Shown piece after piece: positions 51,601 to 59,149 of a DNA stretch of 64,000 nt. The stretch is from Octopus vulgaris (taxonomy: Eukaryota), in NCBI GenBank assembly GCA_951406725.2, contig OX597817.1, forward strand, positions 106,206,001 through 106,270,000, given 5' to 3'. Each line of letters starts with the position of its first letter. Position 1 is the first letter of the stretch. A model generated the notes under the pieces. That model did not search any database and was not told the origin of the DNA. It saw only the letters and a list, made by a program, of their open reading frames with translations. Both the position numbers and the translations under genes were made by a program.

Positions 51601-52643
51601 GCAGCACGATAAAGTGATGGTTTGTTGCCAACTTAATGTGGCAGTCCCAGGAAAGAGAAGAATGCTACTGCTATTTGGCCCCAAGAAACACCATTTCTGG
51701 TTGGCTATGTGTCCTGTGTCCTTAAGTTTACAAACACCCTACAAATGTTTGACTTCACAATCTATGTCTATAACATTGCATATTTCATCTTCAAATTAGG
51801 CTTCCATTTCAGGACTAGAAAATACCTCAGGTCTGATCAATAGTTCACCTCTACCATATTAGAATCCTGTTCACATGTTTGAAGCTAGCACTAATACTTC
51901 ACACACAGACATCCAAAACAAAAAGGAATTTTGACTGATTGGCAAAGATTTTCTAATATATAACTCACAGAAATACTGTCTCTTCTCTCTTTTGATCTCT
52001 CCATTGCAATAATCTCTGCTCTTCTAAACTAACAAGTGACCTACCCTCTCCATCCAAACCCACCCAACTCATCTTGCTCTTCTTTCTTCAAAAACAACTT
52101 AGATAATGTGGTCCTGCATACCTCTAAAGACACAATATACTCAATGCTAGAATGCCTTTGATCATAAATTGCTTGATTTCAGTTGGCCTGGGGCTAAACA
52201 AAACCAGCAACCAGCTACAACTTTTTGGTAACTTTATTAATGGTGAAAGGATGAAAAGTTTATTGACTTTAAGTACAATTTAGTCTCGTAGCCATATACT
52301 GCCAAAATGCTTATCAATTATAGACTAAGTTAGCAAACAGTCTTCCTTTTTGCCTTAAGTGGAACAGAATAAATAATTGAGAATTTCTCCAGCCAATGGG
52401 AGGAGTAGAGCTGTTATGATGAGCTGTTTCTGATAAAATTAGAAACAAACTTGAGCAGTTTAAAATTTTGGATGAAAATCAGGATAAAATAAACTATTGA
52501 AAACACTGAACAATGGGAGCAGTGTGATTTCTGAAAATGATTAAGTGAATAACAATTTAAGATAAGAATCTGAATAATATTTATAATTTGACCTTTAATA
52601 TTAAGATTTAATTTTTTTTTTTATTCTTCCAGGCAACAAATAA
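5054..52643 (+). CDS. ASPSCR1: Spliced gene: tether containing UBX domain for GLUT4 (ASPSCR1/TUG/UBXD9) orthologue, 18 coding exons in window, 5'-incomplete
   Basis: Exons were assembled by hand with AG/GT boundaries and consistent phases; total 1893 nt, open to TAA. Diagnostic motifs: NNAKLELV, IVALQLSDGTRLQKSF, TLWEIL, PICIYMREE, LGLTGGKAVIR, LPDEFFEVT, IRIHFPDRMVLQGTFHP, VSPPKK, C-terminal VPKWFKLGNK*. Confidence 0.95.
7538..7753 (+). CDS. ASPSCR1: ASPSCR1 exon (UBL1 end/UBL2 start): HGRTVLDLTLSIRYLNLTNNAKLELV...TLWEILQHWQKEAD
   Basis: ttttcag|G...GACAG|gtgagt; overlaps ORF 7566-7757. Confidence 0.95.
8146..8230 (+). CDS. ASPSCR1: ASPSCR1 exon: SLQPLLTTEVDTSGSTCVHPICIYMREE
   Basis: tacag|C...GAAGAG|gttagt; PVCVY.RDE motif of TUG. 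Confidence 0.92.
8281..8680 (-). mobile_element. Possible L1/Tx1-type LINE 3' end
   Basis: Minus-strand ORF end AKKVVLWTRLKG...ALINFFRFHLK followed by UTR ending caataaaaaa. Confidence 0.4.
9051..9319 (+). mobile_element. 5'-truncated copy of the same hammerhead-bearing element, preceded by an inverted duplicate segment
   Basis: 9141-9319 is homologous to 55825-56008; 9051-9137 is the reverse complement of about 9168-9252. Confidence 0.7.
9542..9615 (+). CDS. ASPSCR1: ASPSCR1 exon: IIGEIALKTTPLRKLGLTGGKAVIR
   Basis: tttag|ATT...ATACG|gtaatt; LGLTGG motif. Confidence 0.93.
10307..10619 (+). CDS. ASPSCR1: ASPSCR1 linker exon, copy A: LVHRQVDD...VRDVGDSSSDMMEISQ...QQQQRK
   Basis: ctag|GCTAGTT...CGAAAA|gtatgt; in frame with previous exon (phase 2 to 0). 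Confidence 0.88.
11769..11976. mobile_element. Tc1-type MITE
   Basis: TA-cagtgtgagtcaaaagtag ... ctacttttgacttactctg-TA. Confidence 0.7.
12326..12354 (+). CDS. ASPSCR1: ASPSCR1 29-nt microexon, copy A: LQERNFANE(R)
   Basis: cttccag|CTC...GAGAG|gttagt; phase 0 to 2, bridges to next exon. Confidence 0.8.
13004..13337 (+). CDS. ASPSCR1: ASPSCR1 linker exon, copy B: LVHGETEG...VRDVGDSSSDCMMEISQ...QQQQQQQK
   Basis: gtag|GCTAGTT...CAAAAA|gtaatt; open frame, paralogous to 10307-10619. Confidence 0.82.
14234..14262 (+). CDS. ASPSCR1: ASPSCR1 29-nt microexon, copy B: LRDRNSSQE(S)
   Basis: ctttcag|TTG...GAGAG|gtaagt; paralogous to 12326-12354. Confidence 0.8.
15160..15490 (+). mobile_element. tRNA-headed SINE (related minus-strand element at about 15780-16030)
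   Basis: A/B-box-like tgggttcagtggttag ... gagtttgattccc. Confidence 0.6.
16751..16775 (+). CDS. ASPSCR1: ASPSCR1 25-nt microexon: DKESDDFQ
   Basis: tttttag|TGAT...TTTCAG|gtaagt; supplies the required phase 2 to 0 switch. Confidence 0.75.
17051..17298 (+). repeat. 20-bp minisatellite (about 12 degenerate units); second array at about 53895-54045
   Basis: Unit approximately gtaaaagcacccgtgtggcaacat; the motif also occurs singly in RTE 3' UTR copies. Confidence 0.85.
17297..18949 (-). mobile_element. Decayed RTE-clade LINE fragment (same family)
   Basis: ORFs 18029-18673 and 17732-18010: NYRGIKLL, FVDLAKAFDRVP, GVHQGS, LLYADD. Confidence 0.92.
19066..19132 (+). CDS. ASPSCR1: ASPSCR1 exon: IPERNTLIFYQGEKENEQTTYE
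   Basis: tatag|ATA...GAAG|gtaagt; phase 0 to 1; ERN.L.F motif precedes LPDEFF. Confidence 0.85.
20139..20211 (+). CDS. ASPSCR1: ASPSCR1 exon (helical lariat): DLPDEFFEVTKADVMTMMHDLQKR
   Basis: tatag|AT...AGATT|gtgagt. Confidence 0.95.
20990..22611 (-). mobile_element. Old CR1/L2-like LINE remnant, interrupted by a mariner
   Basis: Minus-strand remnants VASLDIRKTFNHV (cf. ALDISKAFDRV) and LTLYKV*VKPIMEYCPHI; boundaries approximate. Confidence 0.65.
22614..23903 (-). mobile_element. Full-length (1290 bp) mariner transposon, transposase frameshifted
   Basis: TIRs cgaggggcgttcaataagtaatgcc...tgacccactt / aagtgggtca...ggcattacttattgaacgcccctca, TA on both sides; motifs WIPRLL, TQDETWVHHYDPETK, QDNAPIH, HSPYSPDL. 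Confidence 0.95.
24350..24498 (+). CDS. ASPSCR1: ASPSCR1 exon (UBX start): QELENVPLMTK...IRIHFPDRMVLQGTFHPKEE
   Basis: aacag|C...GAAG|gtatgt; overlaps ORF 24303-24506. Confidence 0.95.
24591..26630 (+). mobile_element. Helentron/DINE-like non-autonomous element hosting the Helitron
   Basis: Starts aacaagcactcagagagtgcaaac...gccaaggc; (CAAA)n tract; 3' stem-loop tacctctg...cagaggta. Confidence 0.55.
24681..26146 (+). mobile_element. Non-autonomous Helitron (composite)
   Basis: Inserted between A(24680) and T(26147) with no TSD; starts TCTCTTATTATAAAA, ends with hairpin cccgagcaacgccggg then CTAG; second 5'-end-like TCTTTATATATAAAA near 25726. Confidence 0.85.
27441..27503 (+). CDS. ASPSCR1: ASPSCR1 exon (UBX): VAALHQFVRDNLEDSNTVFHL
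   Basis: ttacag|TG...CTCT|gtaagt. Confidence 0.92.
29102..29154 (+). CDS. ASPSCR1: ASPSCR1 exon (UBX): YVSPPKKTLKNMSESLIS
   Basis: gacag|AT...TTCA|gtaagt; PP motif. Confidence 0.92.
29944..31207 (-). mobile_element. Full-length (1264 bp) mariner of a second family, decayed
   Basis: 27-bp TIRs tcaggtcatcccataagttctgtccga / tcggacagaactcatgggatgaccaga flanked by TA; HQDNLRPH, HPPYSPDLAPSDYHLFRSL. Confidence 0.95.
31360..31411 (+). CDS. ASPSCR1: ASPSCR1 exon (UBX end): AKLVPASNVFFSSTCNK
   Basis: ttacag|GCA...AAAG|gtgcgc; matches ANLFPAALVH. Confidence 0.9.
32441..32773. repeat. 333-bp near-perfect palindrome
   Basis: 166-bp arms around a single central base (32607); 3 mismatches counted. Confidence 0.95.
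33355..33880 (+). mobile_element. tRNA-derived SINE with internal (TA/TG)n tract; family copies at about 6020-6380, 31470-31640, 34915-35285(-), 56895-57062(-), 57965-58385, 60277-60605(-), 63335-63735(-)
   Basis: Shared blocks ccttgtgagtggatttggtagac, acttagcggtt.ggcaaaagaga, tail ccagcatggctgcagt...tgactgaaacaagtaaaag. Confidence 0.8.
37197..37479. mobile_element. Decayed hAT-type MITE (related copy at about 47605-47835)
   Basis: gtggacccc subterminal motifs; end ggttgagaaccactg. Confidence 0.55.
38274..39169. mobile_element. Non-autonomous hAT (Charlie-like) element
   Basis: 15-bp TIR cagtgtttctcaacc / ggttgagaaacactg; 8-bp TSD gtctatag / gtctgtag. Confidence 0.88.
38418..38974. mobile_element. 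Long-TIR foldback MITE nested in the hAT element
   Basis: About 140-bp TIRs starting GGATCTAG; perfect 8-bp TSD CATCATCC (38410-38417, 38975-38982). Confidence 0.88.
41134..41212 (+). CDS. ASPSCR1: ASPSCR1 exon: APFLKADLSAHITCKKNIDISFPYSE
   Basis: long pyrimidine tract, tttgcag|CT...GAAAA|gtaagt; phase 1 to 2 fits both neighbours. Confidence 0.85.
41913..42130 (-). mobile_element. Possible Tigger/CENP-B-type HTH remnant
   Basis: RRKQIGLTVEQKSEILQH resembles the Tigger N-terminus; short and degenerate. Confidence 0.4.
42413..42850 (-). mobile_element. Two tandem copies of a second SINE family (others at about 8690-8860, 9665-9878, 28380-28555, 58458-58672)
   Basis: Shared core gtcaactttgcctttcatcct...gtcaataaaataagtaccagttgag on the minus strand; flanked by duplicated tat.aaaatattg. 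Confidence 0.75.
42857..43700. repeat. Old foldback/inverted-repeat element
   Basis: Arms about 42953-43092 and 43468-43602 are reverse complements (gttgaactaccataccatacttatagtcaaacct / aggtttgactataagtatggtatggtagttcaac), with weaker outward extension. Confidence 0.75.
46777..46997. mobile_element. piggyBac-type MITE (family copies at about 39494-39803, 43134-43260, 20280-20450, 63293-63929)
   Basis: TTAA-ccctttgagcatt ... aatgttaaaggg-TTAA. Confidence 0.75.
48785..48966 (+). CDS. ASPSCR1: ASPSCR1 penultimate exon: Ser/Thr/Pro-rich, ends NFVPKWFKL
   Basis: ctttgtag|A...CTGG|gtaagt; VPKW.KL is the conserved TUG C-terminal motif. Confidence 0.92.
49182..50485 (+). mobile_element. Decayed RTE-clade LINE 3' fragment with tail
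   Basis: Colinear with about 3775-5010; ends ttaaatgatgatg. Confidence 0.88.
51258..51736 (-). mobile_element. Hammerhead-containing partial tandem element (retrozyme/Penelope-like), unit about 356 bp
   Basis: Diverged direct repeats 51258-51389 and 51614-51736 flank the ribozyme; relatives at about 40670-40860 and 58882-59058. Confidence 0.65.
51415..51480 (-). ncRNA. Type I hammerhead ribozyme, catalytic core intact
   Basis: Minus strand reads UCCAGA-CUGAUGA-AGGG(CAUCUA)UCCU-GAAA-CUAG-UC/UCUGGA: perfect 6-bp stem I, stem II, palindromic stem III (ACUAGU), GUC triplet; stem I extends via AAAGCUAAGC/GCUGGCUUU. Confidence 0.85.
52633..52643 (+). CDS. ASPSCR1: ASPSCR1 last coding exon: GNK*
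   Basis: T-rich tract cttccag|GCAACAAATAA; followed by about 1 kb of repeat-free AT-rich 3'UTR-like sequence. Confidence 0.8.
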
Positions 52644-53603
52644 CACAGCTTCCAGCAAAAATGGTTGAAACTGATTAGAAAATATCTTACTGACAAGTTG
52701 AGATATTTTCATTTCTATTTTATAAATTAAATTGTTACATAAGTCTTACCAACTAAGTTGGTTTTGTAATGGTATTTCTTTATTATTATTATTACACAGG
52801 GTGAGTTTTAGTTACTTCTGGGGTTTTTTTTCTGAAGTTCTTAAGGCTCTTCAATAATTATTCATGTTCTTACTGCTTTAATGAACAGAAATAATTGTAC
52901 ACTGAGTAAAATATTTTTTGCTTTCTTTGCTGATATCCAGTTAAGCTCAGACGTTTTAGCCCAGAAATAAACTTCTATTTATGGACTAAAATTGTTGGCA
53001 TTTTACAAAAATAGAAATAAAAAATGAACTGTTAATGAATTACATTCGTGATAACAAAAGAAGCAAGTGATAATTATTGCAGATACCAAAGACTTTTCTC
53101 AAATATAGTGTTTCTGGCTCTAGAAATAGAACCTTGTGATACTTTATATCACAACTTGCATAACATAGAAGGAATATTCTGTTCACATCCCATACTGTTT
53201 ATATGCATACACACAAGCAGAAGCTGCTTATTGTAACAACTTTTTTTGATAACATGAAGCAAATAAAGAATTTGAGATCACCCAAGTTCAATAGGAAAAT
53301 GGTTAATAATGTTATTCATGATAGTTTGAGAACCAGCAATTTTAACGAAAAATGGGTTAAGATAATTTGTAATTTATAATATGCAGCTTCCACTGGAAAT
53401 ATTAGATATACATATTATACTTAACCATTGAGACCTAATTAAGATAGCATATATATACCAATACAAATACAACTGTTTGATTTTTTTTTCCCATCATGTT
53501 ATTTTTGTGAGATTTTAATTAATGTATTTCTATTTTCCTGTCATAAATAAATGAATGGATACATGCTATCTTTTTTAATAGTGTGTTATATTGTATAAAC
53601 TGA

Positions 53604-53609
53604 AATAAA
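53604..53609 (+). promoter_or_regulatory. Candidate polyadenylation signal of ASPSCR1
   Basis: AATAAA followed about 25 nt later by GT-rich tract (gagtgtgaagtgtttg); other AATAAA hexamers exist upstream, e.g. 53546. Confidence 0.35.
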
Positions 53610-54169
53610 ATATTTCAATGGGACTTCAAGAGTGTGAAGTGTTTGATTAATTGTATTCTACAAAAATTATATAGAGTTTATCCTTGAATATAAATAAGTT
53701 GATCTTTCAGTGAAAATATATATCATTATCGTTATTTAACATCTATTTTCCATGCTGACATGTGAATGCTTATATATATATATATATATACCCTCACATA
53801 TGCACACATACACATACAGATATATATAGTACAGGTCTTCTCAAGAAGACCTGTACTCTGCAGCAGATGTGTTAAGGCTGCTCCTTCTGATGGTGTAAAG
53901 TACTCATGGCAGTGTCACATAAAAGTGCCCTGTGGTACCATGTGAAAGTACTGGTGCAGCAACACATAAAAGCACATGTGCGGTGTCACGTAAAAGTGTC
54001 CATGCAGTACCACATAAAAGCACATGTGTGGTGCCATGTAAAAGCACTCAGCACACTCTGTAAAGCGGTTGTTATTAGGAAGGGTATCTAACCATAGAAA
54101 TCATGCCAAATCTGACAGGAGTCTGTTGCAGCTTGCCAGCTCTGGTCAGACCATCCAACCCATGTCAGC

Positions 54170-54790
54170 ACCCTAACTGGGCCAACAAATCTGTTCCCAA
54201 TGATATCAACCCACAACATGACTCCTCCACCCTGTTATTGACGTCGTAAACATTGGTAATGCTCATCTCCAAAACAGAACCAACCATTTGCCCAACCGTC
54301 AGGTTCATCAAGGGTCACTGAACTGAACACAATTCATGTCTAATGTCATGTACTTTTGGGCCCATTGAAGCCTCAAACTCTTGTGAGGAAGTAGTTTCAG
54401 GGGTTCTCACATGGAAGCCATCGTCCCGAGGATGTGATTTCTGGTGGTTTTCAGTACATGAGGAAGTTCAGAGGTAGTGAAAATAGCTTTGCTTGTTTGT
54501 CCAGGTTTCCCATGTAACTTGCAGCCTGGCAGTACATATACTAAAATTGGAATGATACAGAGAAGATTAGCATGGCCCCTGCGCAAGGATGACACGCAAA
54601 TTCGTGAAGCGTTCCATATTTTTCTAACGGCAGTACATCAGCATGGCCGCATCTCTGAGCTGAAACTACAGAAAAAAAAATATTCCTTAAATCTCTAGCT
54701 GTCACAGTCTTGGAGGTACCACAATCAGATCAGTTCTTCCTTGGCGCACATGAGGCTAAATAATTCATTATGTCAATAAATGTTATAATA
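54170..54790 (-). mobile_element. Decayed Tc1-like transposase fragment interrupted by the U6 chimera
   Basis: Minus strand encodes RDLRN..., KLHGKPGQTSKAIFTT..., TLDEPDGWANGW, RRQ*QGGGVMLW..I..GPVRV. Confidence 0.7.
54528..54623 (+). pseudogene. U6: U6 snRNA retrocopy, 5'-truncated by about 11 nt
   Basis: GGCAGTACATATACTAAAATTGGAATGATACAGAGAAGATTAGCATGGCCCCTGCGCAAGGATGACACGCAAATTCGTGAAGCGTTCCATATTTTT; ACAGAGA box intact; one CpG-type change (AACGAT to AATGAT); embedded in a transposon remnant with no 5' stem or promoter. Confidence 0.92.
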
Positions 54791-55149
54791 TTATTATGGT
54801 TTCCTGTTAAATAAATACTCAATGTATGCTTAATATGTATCATTACCCTTCATTTTCTGAAAACAATTGTCTAGATGGGCTATTTTCCTTCAAAAGCTAT
54901 TAGCATGGTTCAAAACTGAAGAATCTGAAAGGAAATTACACAGAATAATGAAAACATAACAATGGTGTTGCCAAAGTGTGCAAACCAGCTGGGAAAAAAT
55001 TTTATCAAAATCAATTTACAGAAAACTGAGAAATCCTAAATTTCACTCCCTTAGTTATTAGCGTGGTTTTGGGTGTAGTGAGCTTCTAACAGTTTCACAT
55101 ATTGAAGAAATCATTTAGACTGGTTTTATACACACACACACACACACCA

Positions 55150-55593
55150 GCAATGGAAAGTACTTTGCCAATTTGCCGAAGCAGTTATGAAAAGCTATCT
55201 AGACCAAATGCCCAAGAAAACTGATAAAAGGTGTCTTGATTCATTAGGACTATACTCTAGCACACAACTCTTTCGTTTCACTGGCTGCTGTGCATGACTG
55301 GCTTTGAACTGGTTGAACAGCCTCCTAATACTCCTGATTTGACCTCATCTGATTATCATCTGTTCCCTAATATGAAAAAACACTTGGCTGAGAACCAATA
55401 TCACAGTGATGACGTTATAGCTACTGTTGAAGACTTTTTTGATCAACAGAATGAAAGCTTCTTCACCAATGGGATCCAAGCACTGAAATACTGATGGATG
55501 AAGTGTGGACCACAAGAGGGATTATGCTGAAAAATAAACCTCACTCTCATGAGAGTATCTTGGTCAGCCTATGAACTTTTCAGCCGACCCTCA
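55150..55593 (+). mobile_element. Mariner 3' remnant (third family)
   Basis: ORF 55294-55494 GFELVEQPPNTPDLTSSDYHLFPNMKK; TIR-like end aacttttcagccgaccctca-TA; left boundary approximate. Confidence 0.75.
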
Positions 55594-55761
55594 TAGCATA
55601 ATAAACAATGGATGTGCAAGTGGTGAAGTGGAATCACAGGCAGGCTGAAATGGAAAGCAGACTTTGTATATGGTAGATTAACACTGAGCAAATGGGGAAA
55701 TAGATTAGGCTCAGCAAAACTACAACTTTGTCAAGAATTATATTCTAATATTGGATCACAC

Positions 55762-56045
55762 GGGCATATGGCCTAGTGGTTAAGAGCGCGGGCTATGAAC
55801 CCCAAGTTTCCAAGTTAGAGTCCAGGCAGTGACCTGAATAATAATAATAATAATAATAATAACAACAATAACATCGAAAAATACTTTAGGAATGAGAACC
55901 GAGGTTCAAAATTTCCCCAAGACACCTGATGAAGGCTGGAAGGTATATTAGCCAAAACGTATTAACAGCAAACAAGATGAGGACAAATATCCATCAAATG
56001 TAAATAATGTACGTAATTCCTCAGCCCTTAAATATAAAACTGTAT
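55762..56045 (+). mobile_element. tRNA-headed SINE-like element with (AAT)n and a decayed hammerhead motif
   Basis: A box TGGCCTAGTGG, B-box-like GTTAGAGTCC, (AAT)n, then gacac-CTGATGA-A-ggctg...tagcc-aAAAC. Confidence 0.6.
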
Positions 56046-56846
56046 TATATATATATATATATGTATGTATATATATATGTGTGTGTGTGTGTGTATATAT
56101 ATATGATGATGATATATATATGTGTGTGTGTATATGTATATATATGTAATGGCTAATAAAATGAATGGTTTACACCTGGTAGCTTACTAGTAAAGCACGG
56201 CCACTTTCAGAGTGATCATTAAATATATAACAAATGAAAGAGAGAAGATCGAATATACAAGGATTTATTATTAATCACGACAATTATTTTGACACATCGA
56301 TTCCTCTTGGGTGGGACACTCAACAACTGGTTCAGGAGCATCTGATAGTGCAGATGTATCTCATCGGGTGATAAATAAATAAATACAACTTGTTAAAATG
56401 ACTGCTCTGCAGTGTAACTTTCCATTTTGTAGAGAGAAAAACAGCCAGACAGAGGAAATATTTTCATTTATACAGAAGATCAAAAATAAATTTGCAGATG
56501 ACAAAAAGAGGAACAAACACATAATACAACTGTAAGACTATATCTATATCTTTTTCCTTATAAATGTCCTGAAAACTACTCACAGCCTTGGTTTCGTTAT
56601 CTCATTTTGTCTAATATATACATGCATGCTAATTCAAGACCCATATTAGACTCCTCACTCGTATCACTATCAAACCAAGAGTTTAACGTTTAACTACAGT
56701 CTGTCCATAGCACTTACTTGGCGTTACCTGCCACTTTTTGGGTCATCTAGATACCAATGCCTCCTCCTTTCTTTCCTTTCCTGAGCGTCCAATAACACTA
56801 TACTTGTTCCACATCCTCACGTTGTTGTGTTTTCATGTTTGAATTA

Positions 56847-56902
<56 letters not shown>

Positions 56903-57622
56903 ACAGGCTTCTTCCAGTTTCCTTCTACCAGATCCACTCACAAGGCTTTGGTCACCCTGAGGCTGTAGTAGAAGATACTTGCCAAAGGTGCTACACAGTG
57001 GGATTGAATCCGGAACCATGTGGTTAGGAAGCAAGCTTCTTACCACACAGCCACGCCTGCACCTCTCTCTATACACACACACACACACACACAATACTTC
57101 AGGTATATTCAATGCTTTTTGTATTTATTTTGTTTCCTTTTGAAATGTGGGTTATTAACAATGTAATTCTTAATGTGTTTTGGATGATCTCATGATGAAT
57201 TTTTCCTTACAGCAAACTGTTTTTATGCCCTGTGAATTTTTTTATAACAGAATTTTACCTGTATGTATAGTTAGGTGTGTGTTTGGGGATGGATAGATAG
57301 ACAGATAGATAAACAGACAGACACATATACATATTAGCAGCCCAACGGAGGCTCCCTTGATTGTTGAAAAATTTGACGAGTTTATGATGTTTACCTGTTA
57401 CTCATTATGCTAAATTCATTGGCCAAAAAAGCAATTTTTAAACTCATTTCTTTCTTTCTCTCTCTCTCTCTAATGTTGCATCATTCTTAAACTACATACA
57501 AAATGTGTATTTTAATTCTACATTTCTTTCCCTATATCTTAATTGGATGAAAAATGTATTTGACTTGGAACCATCTTACGAACTCACTACTCAACTGTTC
57601 CTACAATGTGTTTGTGCATGTG

Positions 57623-57673
<51 letters not shown>

Positions 57674-58881
57674 ATGTGTGTATGTGTGTGTGCGTGTATG
57701 GGTGTGTGTGAGAACAATTGCATAATTGTTCCAAAAGGGTGTAGAAATGATCTTGGGAGATACAACACAATAAAAGAATTTGTCATGAACACATAATTAT
57801 CATGAATAATTATATCCATAATTAAGATTGTTGATAAGCAATGAATAATTTTCTTTCTACAGACAATTACATGTGTAAAGGCAGTCACTCCCAGTTACCA
57901 TCAATTTAGACAAGAATTGTGTGGAATGCAATTTCACAAAATAAAAAGAAAACTATATATAAATAGGTGCAAGCATGGGTGTGTAGCAGGTGTGGGCATG
58001 GATGTGTGGTAAGAAGTTTGCTTCCCAGCCATATGGTTCCAGGATCAATCCCATTGCACAACACCTTGTACAATATAGCCTCAGGCTGACCAAAACCTTG
58101 TGAGTGGATTTGGTAGACAGAAACTGAAAGTGGTCCATCCTCTGTGTGTGTGTGCGTGTGTGTTTCTTTGTGTCTGTCCTCACCACGACCACAACTTGAC
58201 AACTGCTGTTGGTATGTTTACGTCCCCATAACTTAGTAGTTCAGCAAAAGAGACCAATAGAATTGGTGCCAGGCTTAACAAAACATTAAGAACTAGGATC
58301 AATTCATTCAACTAAAAACAATTTCTTCAAGGGTGCCCCAGTATGGCCACACTCTAATGGCTGAAACAAATAAAAAATAAAAGATATACACACCCACAAG
58401 TGAGTGGACAAACAAACGAAAGTGGTACTCAACACATTTAGCAGAAGTGATATATACTGGTTTCAAATTTTGGCACAAGGCCAGCAATTTCACCGCAGGG
58501 GTTAAGTTGATTACATTGACCCCAGTGTTCAACTGGTACTTATTTTATGGATTCCAAAAGGATGAAAGGCAAAGTCAATCTCAGTGGAATTTGAACTCAG
58601 AACATAAAGATGGACAAAATGCCGCTAAGCATTTTACCTGGCATGCTAATAATTCTGCCAATTCATCACCTTGGGAAGTCATATATATATTATTTAATAA
58701 CAGTTAGACTCAACTCCATGTAACATTAAGTTTCACAGGTTCACAGAACAAACCTATTTTGTCTAGCATCTAGAAAAGCTGGTGTAGTTCAATGATTTTT
58801 AAACTCTTCATTAAATACCTACAAGATAAGTTCATTCTATACATGTATGTGTGTGTATGTATATATATATATATATATATA

Positions 58882-59058
58882 GTGACGTATATTTGCCATT
58901 TCAATATGGCTAACCCTAAGGGTGGATGCTACTGTAGTTTTAGCCCCAGGAGGACACACTCCTCCAGCTGGCGGAGGAGTGTGTCCTCCTGGGGCTAAAA
59001 ACTACAGTAGCATCCACTCTTAGGGGTTAGCCATATTGAAATGGCAAATATACGTCAC
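58882..59058. repeat. About 177-bp palindrome built from the hammerhead-family repeat end
   Basis: Arms 58882-58965 and 58973-59058, 7-nt spacer agctggc. Confidence 0.92.
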
Positions 59059-59100
59059 AATGTGTTACCGCTACTGTAGATAACTCACTTTGATATTTAT

Positions 59101-59149
<49 letters not shown>

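Noticed and set aside
54514-54527. gtaacttgc as a variant U6 5' stem making a full-length functional U6 gene
   Set aside because: This stretch reads in frame as Tc1 transposase on the minus strand (CKLHGKPG), and no snRNA-type promoter is evident, so the U6 is a truncated retrocopy.
55762-55830. Functional tRNA gene
   Set aside because: B box is mutated, no convincing acceptor stem or T-run terminator; continues into repeat body, so it is treated as a SINE head.
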